This document shows positions 41,693-53,448 of a DNA stretch of 64,000 nt, piece after piece. The notes under the pieces were generated by a model. That model searched no databases and was not told where the DNA came from. It saw nothing but the letters and a program-made list of their open reading frames with translations. A program made the translations under genes and the position numbers. This DNA comes from Phyllobates terribilis (lineage: Eukaryota), in NCBI RefSeq assembly GCF_046119375.1, contig NW_027362764.1, positions 799,366,001-799,430,000 on the forward strand, read 5' to 3'. The stretch's first letter is position 1. Each line of letters begins with the position of its first letter.

Positions 41693-42739
41693 TGACGCGC
41701 CCCCTGGGCCATGTTCAAGGGATACCCGGAGCCGGATCTGGATAGGGGTAGTAGTCCTTGTGGCGGTGACCCGGTCCGTGCCCAGGGTGTCAGACTAAGT
41801 GGCGGTATATTAGCAGTAGATGTAGGATGACTACGCCACCCGTTGAATGCAGCTATGGAGCTGCCGCTGCAGGGCAGACCGCTGAGGCCGGTGGAAGGAT
41901 GGTGCAGCGTGGATGGTATAACCCCCAACGGGAGGGGTATGGCCTCAGGGCAGCCGACGTGGATGATGGTGGTAGTAGGAACCACTCAGAGACGATGCGG
42001 TGTAGTTCAGGGTCTTTACTGGTGACAAAGATAGACCCTCCCAGAGTACTGGCTAGCGGTTGGGGCCTGGTCAGTCCTTGAGCAGATGGGATCTCCCCTG
42101 GCCAGGCGGAGTTGTAGGCCTCCCAAACTAACGATACTCTTCTGGCTACCTTGCTAGAAGCGGGTATAAGTAGCCCACGTCCCTGAGTGTACCGTGTGGT
42201 GCTCACCCGTATGGCCGGTGACTCGGGGCCTTCTAGTAGCTTCCGCTCCACGACGGCGGTGCTGGTCCCATGCGTGTGACCGTGCCTTCGGGTTTCTTGG
42301 CCAGAGGACCTGAAATCCCCTGCCTGACGGATTCTGCTGCTGGGTAGGAGTTAGTCCCCACAGCCTCGGACTCCGGGTCCGGTAAGAAATCTTCTCAGTC
42401 AGGGCGAGCTCTGCAGCTGCCAGCCCCTGACTCCTTGTAACACTGCTCCCACAGAGCTCCTGTTGTTTCTTCCTATGCTGCTTCTCTTCTCTACTTCTGG
42501 CATGGCCCAGGAGCTGGGCCCAGCCGGAGCCACAGCTTCCTGTCAGCCCTCCTGGCTGAACTCTCCCTCTCAACTCTCTAACCCTGCCTCAGCCCCAGGT
42601 TTATATAGGGGAAGTTCTTCCCCTCCCAGGACTGGGCAGGAGGTGTGGCATGCATAGGATTCCTGACCAAGAGACCTCCCACCTGCTCTCAGACATAACA
42701 TTGCTGTTACTGTGGAAACCAGACCCCTGGGGTGCCACA
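41693..42739 (-). mobile_element. Solo LTR related to, but diverged from, the Gypsy LTRs at 46499 and 53453
   Basis: TGACGCGCCCC...GGGGTGCCACA; 4-bp TSD TATC within a satellite TA tract. Confidence 0.92.
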
Positions 42740-43042
42740 TATCTATATCCAGTGTGTGCAGTGTATGGGGGACACAGGCGGCTCCGCTCCCTGCAGCTCC
42801 TCTCCTGTTATATATATATATATATACAGTGTGTGCAGTGTATGGGGGACACAGACGGCGGCTCCGCTCCCTGCAGCTCCTCTCCTGTTTTATATGTATC
42901 CAGTGTGTGCAGTGTATGGGAGACACAGGCGGCTCTGCTCCCTGCAGCTCCTCTCCTGTTATATATCTATATCCAGTGTGTGCAGTGTATGGGGGACACA
43001 GGCGGCTCCGCTCCCTGCAGCTCCTCTCCTGTTATATATATA

Positions 43043-44668
43043 CAGTACAGACCAAAAGTTTGGAAACACCTTCTCATTTAAAGATTTTTCTGTATTTTCA
43101 TGACTATGAAAATTGTACATTCACACTGAAGGCATCAAAACTATGAATTACCACATGTGGAATTATATACTTAACAAAAAAGTGTGAAACAACTGAAAAT
43201 ATGTCTTATATTCTAGGTTCTTCACAGTAGCCACCTTTTGCTTTGATGACTGCTTTGCACACTCTTGGCATTCTCTTGATGAGCTTCAAGAGGTAGTCAC
43301 CGGAAATGGTCTTCCAACAATCTTGTAGGAGTTCCCAGAGATGCTTAGCACTTGTTGACCCTTTTGCCTTCACTCTGCGGTCCAGCTCACCCTAAACCAT
43401 CTCGATTGGGTTCAGGTCTGGTGACTGTGGAGGCCAGGTCATCTGGCGTAGCCCCCCATCACTCTCCTTCTTGGTCAAATAGCCCTTACACAGCCTGGAG
43501 GTTGTTTAGGGTCATTGTCCTGTTGAAAAATAAATGATGGTCCAACTAAACGCAAACCGGATGGAATAGCATGCCGCTGCAAGATGCTGTGGTAGCCATG
43601 CTGGTTCAGTATACCTTCAATTTTGAATAAATCCCCAACAGTGTCACCAGCAAAGCACCCCCACACCATCACACCTCCTCCTCCATGCTTCACGGTGGGA
43701 ACCAGGCATGTAGAGTCCATCCGTTCACCTTTTCTGCGTCGCACAAAGACACGGTGGTTGGAACCAAAGATCTCAAATTTGGACTCATCAGACCAAAGCG
43801 CAGATTTCCACTGGTCTAATGTCCATTCCTTGTGTTCTTTAGCCCAAACAAGTCTCTTCTGCTTGTTGCCTGTCCTTAGCAGTGGTTTCCTAGCAGATAT
43901 TTTACCATGAAGGCCTGCTGCACAAAGTCTCCTCTTAACAGTTGTTGTAGAGATGTGTCTGCTGCTAGAACTCTGTGTGGCATTGACCTGGTCTCTAATC
44001 TGAGCTGCTGTTAACCTGCGATTTCTGAGGCTGATGACTCGGATAAACTTATCCTCAGAAGCAGAGGTGATTCTTGGTCTTCCTTTCCTGGGGCGGTCCT
44101 CAGGTGAGCCAGTTTCTTTGTAGCGCTTGATGGTTTTTGCAACTGCACTTGGGGACACTTTCAAGTTTTCCCAATTTTCGGACTGACTGACCTTCATTTC
44201 TTAAAGTAATGATGGCCACTCGTTTTTCTTTACTTAGCTGCTTTTTTCTTGCCATAATACAAATTCTAACAGTCTATTCAGTAGGACTATCAGCTGTGTA
44301 TCCACCTGACTTCTGCACAACACAACTGATGGTCCCAACCCCATTTATAAGCAAGAAATCCCACTTATTAAACCTGACAGGGCACACCTGTGAAGTGAAG
44401 ACCATTTCCGGTGACTGCTACTTGAAGCTCATCAAGAGAATGCCAAGAGTGTGCAAAGCAGTCATCAAAGCAAAAGGGGGCTACTGTGAAGACCCTAGAA
44501 TATAAGACATATTTTCAGTTGTTTCACACTTTTTTGTTAAGTATATAATTCCACATGTGTTAATTCATAGTTTTGATGCCTTCAGTGTGAATGTACAATT
44601 TTCATAGTCATGAAAATACAGAAAAATCTTTAAATGAGAAGGTGTGTCCAAACTTTTGGTCTGTACTG
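43043..44668 (-). mobile_element. Full-length Tc1 (1626 bp), frameshifted transposase
   Basis: Both TIRs with TA flanks; start MARKKQLSKEKRVAIITLRNEG; ORF 43475-44197. Confidence 0.95.
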
Positions 44669-47600
44669 TATATATATCCCGTGTATGCAGTGTATGGGGG
44701 ACACAGGCGGCTCCGCTCCCTGCACCTCCTCTCCTGTTATTAGGCTCCGCTCCCTGCAGCTCCACTCCACACATATATATATATATACAGGGTGGTCCAA
44801 AAGTAGGTGGCTAGAAAATAATAACATTTATTTTGATTTATATATAAAATGATATTTACTAACACAAGCATAACATTGACAATTACATTTTATTCTGAAC
44901 AATAATACAAAAGCCCTTAAATTTTATCACCACAGGGGCTCGCACTGTTTTCCATTGCAATTTGCACAGCTTTGAAGTCGCCTCTTTCGCTTCAACAAAC
45001 TTTTTTGCACAAGTCTCTTTGGGTATTAATTTCTTGAAATCCATCTCTTATGTAATTTTTCAAATCACTGACACTTTTTGGTTTTCGACTATAAACTTTG
45101 TCCTTGAGTACTCCCCAAAAGAATAAATCCATTGGGGTCAAGTCTGGTGAACGTGCCGGCCAATCACGTGGGCCTCTTCGGCAAATCCATTTGTTAGGAA
45201 ATGTTTCATCAAGATACTCGCGGACCACTCTTGAATAATGTGGAGGGGCCCCATCTTGTTGGAAATAAAGGTCATTTGAATTAGGCTGTTGCTGTAACTG
45301 GGGAACAACTTGATTCATTAGAATTTCGAGATACTTATCTCCTGTGACTGTTCCATCAAAAAATATTGGTCCTAAAACACCAAAACTTGAAATACCCCCC
45401 CAAACATTGACACCAGGCTCATTTAGTTGTTGCTCTAATGTTAAATGCATGTTCTCATTATACCAGTAAATACAATTATGTCTGTTAATATGGCCGGATA
45501 ATTTGAAAGAAGCTTCATCACTCTGTAACATCCCTGGCGGCATGCTGGCATGGCTTACCACCTCCCACCATGCAAGACCGCCATCTTACCTATCAGTCCA
45601 GGCTGCACACTTTGCTCCAGTACCTGCTGTGTGCATGTCTCTTGTCTGATTGCTTAAGGCGGCGGCGCGGTTACTGCCTGAGTCTTATAGTTACTGTGTG
45701 CGCACTCCTAATGCGTCCCCAGCCTATTGTTGTGAGTCACTGGATACTTAAACCCCCTCCACCCAGTAGGAGGTGCCTGAGCAACACTTTCTTTCAGTAT
45801 GTTATGTGCAACTGAGCTCCCAGGTCCTGTCCTGTATCTTGTCTGTTTCCGCCATCCTGTGGGCTGTATACCCCGGCCTTTTACCTGTATCTGTGACTTC
45901 TAGTCTGTTTCTGCCTCCCTGGGGGCTGTATACCCTGGCCCGTTACCTGTATCTGTGACTTCTAGTCTGCTCCGCCACCCTGGGGGCTGTATACCCAGGC
46001 CTGCTACCTGTATCTGTGACTTCTAGTCTGTTCTGCCACATTGGGGGCTGAATACCCAGGCTCGTTCCTGTATCTTGTTCCTGTCTGAACAGTGTCCTAG
46101 CCCGTTACTTGTTTGTCTCTATGTTCATATCTTTCCTTTTCCTGCAGTGTCTGAACCTGCACCTAACTCCAACTCGTTGTCTCTGTACTTCTGTTTGTGA
46201 GTTTAGTGTCCACTTGCTACTTCATTGTAAGTACCTTGTGTGTATTTGCTCTGCTCTGCTTGTCTACCGCACCTGCGGGTTTTGCTCTGCTCTGCTTGTC
46301 TACCGCACCTGCGGGTTTTGCTCTGCTCTGCTTGTCTACCGCACCTGCGGGTTTTGCTCTGCTCTGCTTGTCTACCGCACTTGCGGGTTTTGCTCTTCTC
46401 TGCTTGTTTGCCGCACTTGCGGCTCTGTTCCTGTATCCCAGTCTGTACTGGTCCCTATCCTGCCTGCGTTCCTACCTGCCAGTATCCACCTGTCTGTATG
46501 ACGCGCCCCCTGGGCCTGTGTTGTGTAGCGTTGCGCACGCGGGGAATACCCGGAGCCGGATCTGTCGGGGTTAGTAGTCCTCGTGGCGGTGACCCGGTCC
46601 GTGCCCAGGGTGTCAAACTAAGTGGCGGAATTTAGCAGAAGATGTTATAGTGTTCGACTACGCCACCCGTTGAATGCGGTTATGAAGCCGCCGCTGCAGG
46701 GCAGACCGCTGAGGCCGGTGGTACAGTTGTGCAGCATGGGTAGTATAACCCCCAACGGGAGGGGTATGGCCTCAGGGCAGCAGACGTGGATGATGGGGAT
46801 AGCAGAATTGCACGCAGGCACCAGGAACCACTCAGAGACGGTGCGGTGTAGTTCAGGGTCTTTACTGGTGGCAAAGGTAGACCCTCCCGGGAGTACTGGC
46901 TAGCGATCGGGGCCTGGTCAGTCCGTGAGCAGATAGGATCTCCCCCGGCCAGGCGGAGTTGTAGGCCTCCCCAACTAATTGTACTCTTCCTGGCTACCTT
47001 GCTAGAAGCGGGTAAAAGTAGCCCACGTCCCTGAGTGTACCGTGTGGTGCTCACCCGTATGGCCGGTGACTCGGGGCCTTCTGGTAGCCTCCGCTCCACG
47101 ACGGCGGTGCTGGTCCCTTGCGTGTGACCGTGCCTTCGGGTTTCTTGGCCAGAGGACCTGAAATCCCCTGCCGGACGGTTTCTGCTGCTGGGTATGGAAC
47201 AGTACCCACAGCCTCGGACTCCGTGTCCGGTGAGATCTTTTCAGTCAGGACGAGCTCTACAGCTTCCAGTCCTGGACCCCTTTTATCACTGCTCCCACAG
47301 AGCTCCTGATCTTGCTCTCCCTGCATCTGCTCCACTCCAGACCAGACTGTGTCTCTGTCTGGGACTCCTCTTCTTCTCTTCTTTTTCTTACCTAACCCCA
47401 CCTCAGCCCCAGTTTATATAGGGGAAGTTCTTCCCCTCCCAGGACTGGTCAGGAGGTGTGGCATGCTTAGGGTTCCTGACCAGGAGACCTCCCACCTGCT
47501 CTCAGACGTAATATTGCTATTACTGTGGTAACCAGAACCCTGGGGTGCCACATTCCCCCCTAGTAAAATTTAGTACTCCGGGACTAAACATATTTTTGAA

Positions 47601-47918
47601 AACATAACAGGGTATAAACAGGAACAATACAATAAGGAAAAACACGTTAGGGTGGTCACGGAGTGTCCGCAACCGGGTGCAATTTTTGAAGCAAAAAGGG
47701 TGTCCATTTCACCAAAGAACGGGGAGCCGTAACCAGGTAGGGGTCTGTCCTGCCCCGAGTCTTTAACAGTCTATAGTCCGTTCCTGGGTTACGATCCAAA
47801 CATATATACAACAGAGTTCCGGTTAATCCACAAAAGACACCTATAAAATAACTGGAAAAACATAATTATTTACAAGCAACAGTAAACAGGTAAATACCAA
47901 TAAGACAGTCTGAACACT

Positions 47919-50900
47919 TTAGATCCTCCAACGTACGGGCAACTGGCCTCTATTGGCCCTAGTAGACCTACGGAGCTTACTGACCGGTCCTGAGCTACAG
48001 GGTGTAGGAGCTGTCAAAGGTAAGCTGGGCAGCTGTCTACGGACTCTTTGGCTCACTAGGGGCACGGCAGGCTCACTATAAGCAGAGGGTCGATTCTCCT
48101 GGTCTGCTTGTGTGGGGTCTTCTGCCTCCTGGACCGGCTGCTCTTCCAGCTCTACCTGTTTTTCCGTAGGCACTTGGGATGCTGGCTGGAGGAAGGTGAG
48201 GACGGGTACCACAACCGCGCCATTTACCTGTGTCCAAGACCGAGGGAAGTCTCCGAGTACAGTACTGACCATCTCTTCCCTTTCCTCTGCGGTTTGAGGG
48301 TTTTCTTGATCTTCTTCAGGGTTTCGTAGCTGCTCGGGACACTTCTTCAGGTGATCTCGGGAGACAATGGCTGTGGTTTCTCCTCCATCCTTACTGATTG
48401 TGCAGATTTTTGGGTTTTCATGGCTTGATGGCAGTACGGTGTACGGGTCCTTCTCCCACTGGTCGACCAACTTGTGGAGCCGTCTTTTCCTCTTCAAGAC
48501 CTGCTCTCCAGGTACCAGGGGAACAGCGGGAGCATGCTGGTTGTAAGTCTTCTCCTGTCTTTCTCTTGCTTGACGGAGACTTCGCTCAACGCTCTCCTGT
48601 ACTTTCCGGTACTGCTGCTGCCTCTCTGTGTCCCAGTCTGCTTCTGGTGAAGTGTCCTCGGGTGTCAGGACTCCCATATCCAGATCAACAGGCAGCTTAC
48701 CAGGTCTTGCTCTCATTAGGTAAGCCGGGGTACAGTTGGTAGAACCTACAGGGATGTGGTTGTATAGGTCCACCAGATCAGGCAGTTTCTCAGGCCACAG
48801 ACTGCGTTCTTCCAGGGGCAATGTTTTCAGAAGGTCTATCACCACCTGGTTCATCTTCTCGCAAAGTCCATTGGTTTGCGGATGATAGGGTGTTGTTCTT
48901 ATCTTCCGGCAGCCATACAGAGTGCAGAACTCCTGGAAGACTTCCGCTTCAAAGGCAGGTCCTTGGTCCGTCAGCACCTGCTCTGGGTATCCGTGTGGAC
49001 GACAGAAGTGCTGCTGGAAGGCTCTAGCTGCTGTTTGAGCCGTTAAGTCCTTGACGGGGACTACAACCAAGAACCGGGAGTAGTGATCCACGATGGTTAA
49101 CGCATAGACGTAGCCACTTCTGCTGGGGGTCAGTTTTACATGGTCCAAGGCTACCAGTTCCAACGGCTGCCTGGTGACGATGGACTGCAGGGGAGTCTTC
49201 TGGCTGGCACGGTCCTTCCTTCTTAGGTTGCATGGGCCACAGTCTCTGCACCACCTCTCGATGGTCCCTCTCATGCCTACCCAGTGGAACCGCCCGCGCA
49301 GCAGGAACTCCAGCTTCTTCCATCCGAAGTGCCCAGCTCCGTCGTGGTATGCCTCCAGTACCATAGCCGCGTCTCTTCTTGGCACCACTACTTGCCAGAT
49401 CAGTTCATGCGTCCGGGAGTTAACCATTCTGTGGCACAACTTCCCCTTGTAAAGAAACAGTCGACTCTTCTCAGCCCACAGTTGTTTGGTCTCCTCCGGA
49501 GCGTCTGGGTCAAGGCGGGCATCTGGCCGAGTCAGCATCTCCTCCACTAGTCGGATGGCGGGGTCACTGTCTTGTGTTTCCGCCCAGTTGTAATGAGGTA
49601 AGGGGTTGAACGTAGCGGATTGCTTACCCCTTACACGGTGGGAATACTGGGTAGTCCCATGACGGTGAAACGCGGGGAGTTCAACTTCTTCCAGTTCCTC
49701 TGGATCTTCCCCTACGTCCGGTAGGTTTGGCATTCTGGACAAGGCATCCGCGTTGGTATTGGAGCGTCCTGCCCGGTATTTGATCGTGAACTCATAGTTG
49801 GACAGGCGGGCCATCCATCTCTGCTCCAGGGCACCGAGTCTTGCAGTGTCCAGGTGTGTCAACGGGTTGTTATCCGTGTACACGGTGAACCGCGAAGAGG
49901 CGAGGTAGTGCTTAAAGCGTTCGGTGACTGCCCACACCACTGCCAGGAACTCTAGCTTAAATGAGCTGTAATTCTCAGGGTTTCTTTCGGTGGGTCGCAG
50001 TTTTCGGCTGGCGTAAGCAATTACCCGTTCTCTCCCCTGCTGGATCTGGGACAGTACGGCTCCTAGCCCGATGTTACTTGCGTCGGTGTAGAGGATAAAG
50101 GGCTGGCTGTAATCAGGGTACGCCAGGATTTCATCCCCCGTGAGGGCCATCTTCAGCTGGCGGAAGGACTCTTCTTCCAGCTTCTCCCATCTGAAGGGCG
50201 GCTTCTGGTTCTTGGCCTTCCTGGACTGGCCTATCAGGAGGTCCTTCATAGGAGCTGCCTTTTTGGTGAAACCGGGAATGAATCTTCGGTAGTAGCCTAC
50301 CAACCCGAGGAACTGCCGCACTTCCTTTACGCTGGAGGGTCTTGGCCATTCCTTAAACGCGGTGATCTTATCAGGGTCGGGAGCCACTCCGTCAGCACTC
50401 ACCAGGTGTCCCAGGTACTGCACTTTTGGTTTTAGCAGGTGACACTTCGACGGTTTCACCTTCAGACCGTAGTTTGCCAGGGCTTCGAACACTTCCGCCA
50501 GGTGTTTCAGGTGGTCCTCGTAGGTTTTGGAATAAACTATAACATCGTCCAGGTACAGCAGGAACGTCTCAAAGTTCCGGTGTCCCAGACAGCATTCCAT
50601 CAATCGTTGGAAGGTTCCTGGTGCGTTGCAGAGTCCGAACGGCATGCAGGTAAACTCGCTAAGTCCCATCGGGGTAGTGAATGCGGTCTTCTCCCGGTCC
50701 GCCTCTGCGACAGGAACCTGCCAGTACCCGCTAGTGAGATCCAAAGTGGAGAAGAAGTTAGCAGATTTTAAAGCAGCCAAAGACTCCTCTATCCTTGGTA
50801 AGGGGTACGCATCTTTGTGTGTGATACGGTTGATTTTCCGGTAATCTACACACATTCTCATGGTGTTGTCTTTTTTTTTAACCAAGACTAGTGGAGCTGC

Positions 50901-52175
50901 GCAGGGGCTACAGCTATCCCTGATTACACCAGCCTCCTTCATGTCTCTAAGCATCCCCTTGGCGTGTTGGTAGTGTGCAGGGGGTACGGGACGATACCTT
51001 TCCTTTATGGGAGGATGATCTCCCGTGGGGATGTGATGTTCCACTCCCTTTACTCGCCCGAAGTCCAGCGGGTGTTTACTGAACACTCTCTCGTATTCCT
51101 GGATCACCCGGTAGACTCCCTGCTTTTGGTGAGCAGGTGTGGAGTCAGTACCCAAATGCAGTTGCTGACACCAGTCCTCCATTTGTTGCTTAGAGCCGTT
51201 ACCTTCCTCTGGATGAGATGGAGGCAAGGGTTCCACGGACTGTACAGAATTTTGGTTGATGGTATACAATTTGGCTAGCGTAGCATACCGGGGCAGGTAC
51301 ACTTCCCTCTTCCCGATATTTATTATGCGAACGGGCACCCTCCCATGGCGTACATCAACCACCCCCCGTGCAGTCAAAATGGTGGGCCTACTATCTGAGT
51401 AGACTGGTTCTACCATTGCCTGGTAATCTCTACCTCTCAGACCAATAGCTGCCCGGCACCAAATCATCATTTCACTTTTCGGGGGCATGGCAATAGGGAA
51501 AGGGTCACACATTCTCACGCTACCAATCTCACCACCGGAGAGTTCCACCTGTTGCCGTCGCATCAGTGCCCGGATCTCTTTTTGGAGCACTCGCTGCTGG
51601 CCGGAGCTGGCGTTCTTGGCAATCTGCTGTAAAATGAGAATCACCTCTGCAAGACAATTTTCAATCACATTAGTTCCTAGAGTTATCTTTGGGTGACTCT
51701 CGCGCTTGTCAATGTCTACAATGATCAGTCCCTGTGCTGCCAGTTCGACTTTACCGATTTTAATGGTCATCTCTTTAAATCCGATCTGTGGCACGGGCTG
51801 ACCATTGCTGGCGATGATACTCAAGTCGTCGTCTGGGTAGCGGGTTATATCCGAGTCATTCCAGTACTGCTTGAAGAGCACGTACGGGATGGTGGTGACC
51901 TGTGACCCGGTGTCAAGTAGGGCACTCATAGGAATGCCATCCAGTACTACAGGCAAAACTGGACGTCCTCCCACGTATTTGTCACGCCAGTTCGATGGGC
52001 CTGGTGATCTTATTCCTAGGGGTTGGCCCTCTACCCCAGGTTGTGCCAGTTTAAAGGACAGTACCTTGCCATATGTCCGGGTTGATTGCAGCGGCGGCAG
52101 ATGGGTTGTCCGTCCTCGTTGTATCGGTCGCTGGGTCTTCCTCTGGCCGGTGGGGTCCTCCTTGGTCGGCGCCAC
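47919..52175 (-). CDS. pol: Gypsy Pol (PR-RT-RNaseH-IN), probably reached by a -1 frameshift
   Basis: LLDTGSQ, YLDD, YTDAS, HHCC, DDE (VALDH, LTDQG, CEKMN); open for 1418 codons. Confidence 0.96.
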   Translation of the reverse strand: MAPTKEDPTGQRKTQRPIQRGRTTHLPPLQSTRTYGKVLSFKLAQPGVEGQPLGIRSPGPSNWRDKYVGGRPVLPVVLDGIPMSALLDTGSQVTTIPYVLFKQYWNDSDITRYPDDDLSIIASNGQPVPQIGFKEMTIKIGKVELAAQGLIIVDIDKRESHPKITLGTNVIENCLAEVILILQQIAKNASSGQQRVLQKEIRALMRRQQVELSGGEIGSVRMCDPFPIAMPPKSEMMIWCRAAIGLRGRDYQAMVEPVYSDSRPTILTARGVVDVRHGRVPVRIINIGKREVYLPRYATLAKLYTINQNSVQSVEPLPPSHPEEGNGSKQQMEDWCQQLHLGTDSTPAHQKQGVYRVIQEYERVFSKHPLDFGRVKGVEHHIPTGDHPPIKERYRPVPPAHYQHAKGMLRDMKEAGVIRDSCSPCAAPLVLVKKKDNTMRMCVDYRKINRITHKDAYPLPRIEESLAALKSANFFSTLDLTSGYWQVPVAEADREKTAFTTPMGLSEFTCMPFGLCNAPGTFQRLMECCLGHRNFETFLLYLDDVIVYSKTYEDHLKHLAEVFEALANYGLKVKPSKCHLLKPKVQYLGHLVSADGVAPDPDKITAFKEWPRPSSVKEVRQFLGLVGYYRRFIPGFTKKAAPMKDLLIGQSRKAKNQKPPFRWEKLEEESFRQLKMALTGDEILAYPDYSQPFILYTDASNIGLGAVLSQIQQGRERVIAYASRKLRPTERNPENYSSFKLEFLAVVWAVTERFKHYLASSRFTVYTDNNPLTHLDTARLGALEQRWMARLSNYEFTIKYRAGRSNTNADALSRMPNLPDVGEDPEELEEVELPAFHRHGTTQYSHRVRGKQSATFNPLPHYNWAETQDSDPAIRLVEEMLTRPDARLDPDAPEETKQLWAEKSRLFLYKGKLCHRMVNSRTHELIWQVVVPRRDAAMVLEAYHDGAGHFGWKKLEFLLRGRFHWVGMRGTIERWCRDCGPCNLRRKDRASQKTPLQSIVTRQPLELVALDHVKLTPSRSGYVYALTIVDHYSRFLVVVPVKDLTAQTAARAFQQHFCRPHGYPEQVLTDQGPAFEAEVFQEFCTLYGCRKIRTTPYHPQTNGLCEKMNQVVIDLLKTLPLEERSLWPEKLPDLVDLYNHIPVGSTNCTPAYLMRARPGKLPVDLDMGVLTPEDTSPEADWDTERQQQYRKVQESVERSLRQARERQEKTYNQHAPAVPLVPGEQVLKRKRRLHKLVDQWEKDPYTVLPSSHENPKICTISKDGGETTAIVSRDHLKKCPEQLRNPEEDQENPQTAEEREEMVSTVLGDFPRSWTQVNGAVVVPVLTFLQPASQVPTEKQVELEEQPVQEAEDPTQADQENRPSAYSEPAVPLVSQRVRRQLPSLPLTAPTPCSSGPVSKLRRSTRANRGQLPVRWRI

Positions 52176-53374
52176 GGGATATCCTCCGGTCCGGATGCCA
52201 GCTGGATCTTCCCTGGAGTAGAAACCTGTAAAGACTGCACAGTTCGGGTTAGCGCGGCAACATTTTTAGTTAGCTCTTGGACCTGACGGTGCAGGTCTGT
52301 AGCCGGGTCATTGTTTAAAGCCTGCGCATCAGCTCCCACAGGCCCTGCCGACAAGGGCGCCGTCTCCTGGTGGTAAATGGTAGCAGGGCGTTTGTGGGTC
52401 ACAGCGCCACCTGGTGTCGGTTCTCGGAGCACCCGGATGGCTCTGTCCTTGAACTGTGAAAAGTCCAGATGAGGGTCCTGTAAGGCCATTGCTCGCAACT
52501 GGGTTCGGTGGGCATTGCAATGTAGACCCTCTATAAATTGTTCAGTCAACAACTTGTCTTCGTTTCCCACGCCGTCAGGGTCGGCCTGCTTAATGGCTCT
52601 CAGGGCCTCTTGTAGGTTTAGTGCATAGTCCCTTATATTCTCATGTGCTCGCTGCTTGCACCCGTAGAATCTAAGCTTGATCTCGGCTGAGGTACGGGTA
52701 TCAAAGGTGTCCTTCAGCCGGGCTAGTATCTCTGCGACAGTCTTCCTCCTCCCAAGTGGCCAGGACTTTACCTCCCTTTGGGCTGCCCCTGTTAATTGAG
52801 CCACCAGGATGCTCACTTTTTGCTCTTCTGTGAGGGGGTACACCTGGAAGAGGCTATCCAGCCTTTCTCTGAAGTCATTTAGGGTATGGGACTCCCCTGA
52901 GTACTGGGGTAGCCAGGCTGCCCCCGGGATGTAGGGCATGGTGAAAGGCATGACCGCAGCAGCGGTGGTGCTGGCGGTGGCTGTGCAGTGAAGCTCTCCT
53001 CCGTATCCGACATCCTTCTCCCCCCTAGTGGACCGTGGCCTACCTTGCGATGATCCTCTTCCGTAGGCCGCAGCTCCGCAGTGGATCGTCAGGGTTGAGG
53101 ACCTTCCGTCGCGCTCCTGTGACGTCGGCGTCTGCTGGGCTCCTTCCAGGACCTTACGCAACGTCCGGACGTGAGGCGGGGCTTCAGTTCTCGCGCGCTT
53201 TCGGAGTCCACGCCCCTCTTCTTCTCGCGCGGCATCCTCGAGATGGCGTCCAATGGCGGGAAAACTCCACGGATGGCGGGAAGAAGGCAAAAGATGGCGT
53301 CGGATGGCGGGAAAACTCCACGGATGGCGGGAAGAAGGCAAAAGATGGCGTCGGATGGCGGGAATCTTCACCAC
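52031..53374 (-). CDS. gag: Gypsy Gag with CCHC knuckle (true start uncertain)
   Basis: CRRCNQPGHMARYC; overlaps pol. Confidence 0.9.
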   Translation of the reverse strand: MVKIPAIRRHLLPSSRHPWSFPAIRRHLLPSSRHPWSFPAIGRHLEDAAREEEGRGLRKRARTEAPPHVRTLRKVLEGAQQTPTSQERDGRSSTLTIHCGAAAYGRGSSQGRPRSTRGEKDVGYGGELHCTATASTTAAAVMPFTMPYIPGAAWLPQYSGESHTLNDFRERLDSLFQVYPLTEEQKVSILVAQLTGAAQREVKSWPLGRRKTVAEILARLKDTFDTRTSAEIKLRFYGCKQRAHENIRDYALNLQEALRAIKQADPDGVGNEDKLLTEQFIEGLHCNAHRTQLRAMALQDPHLDFSQFKDRAIRVLREPTPGGAVTHKRPATIYHQETAPLSAGPVGADAQALNNDPATDLHRQVQELTKNVAALTRTVQSLQVSTPGKIQLASGPEDIPWRRPRRTPPARGRPSDRYNEDGQPICRRCNQPGHMARYCPLNWHNLG

Positions 53375-53430
53375 AGGTAAGTTTAACAGTCTTTTTCAGG
53401 CACGCAGTACCCGGTGGTTGCGGGCACGAG

Positions 53431-53448
53431 ATCCTGCCGACTACGCCA
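53431..53448 (-). promoter_or_regulatory. Primer-binding site complementary to the tRNA-Ser 3' end
   Basis: Plus strand ATCCTGCCGACTACGCCA equals the last 18 nt of vertebrate tRNA-Ser(AGA/TGA) including CCA, as recalled. Confidence 0.88.
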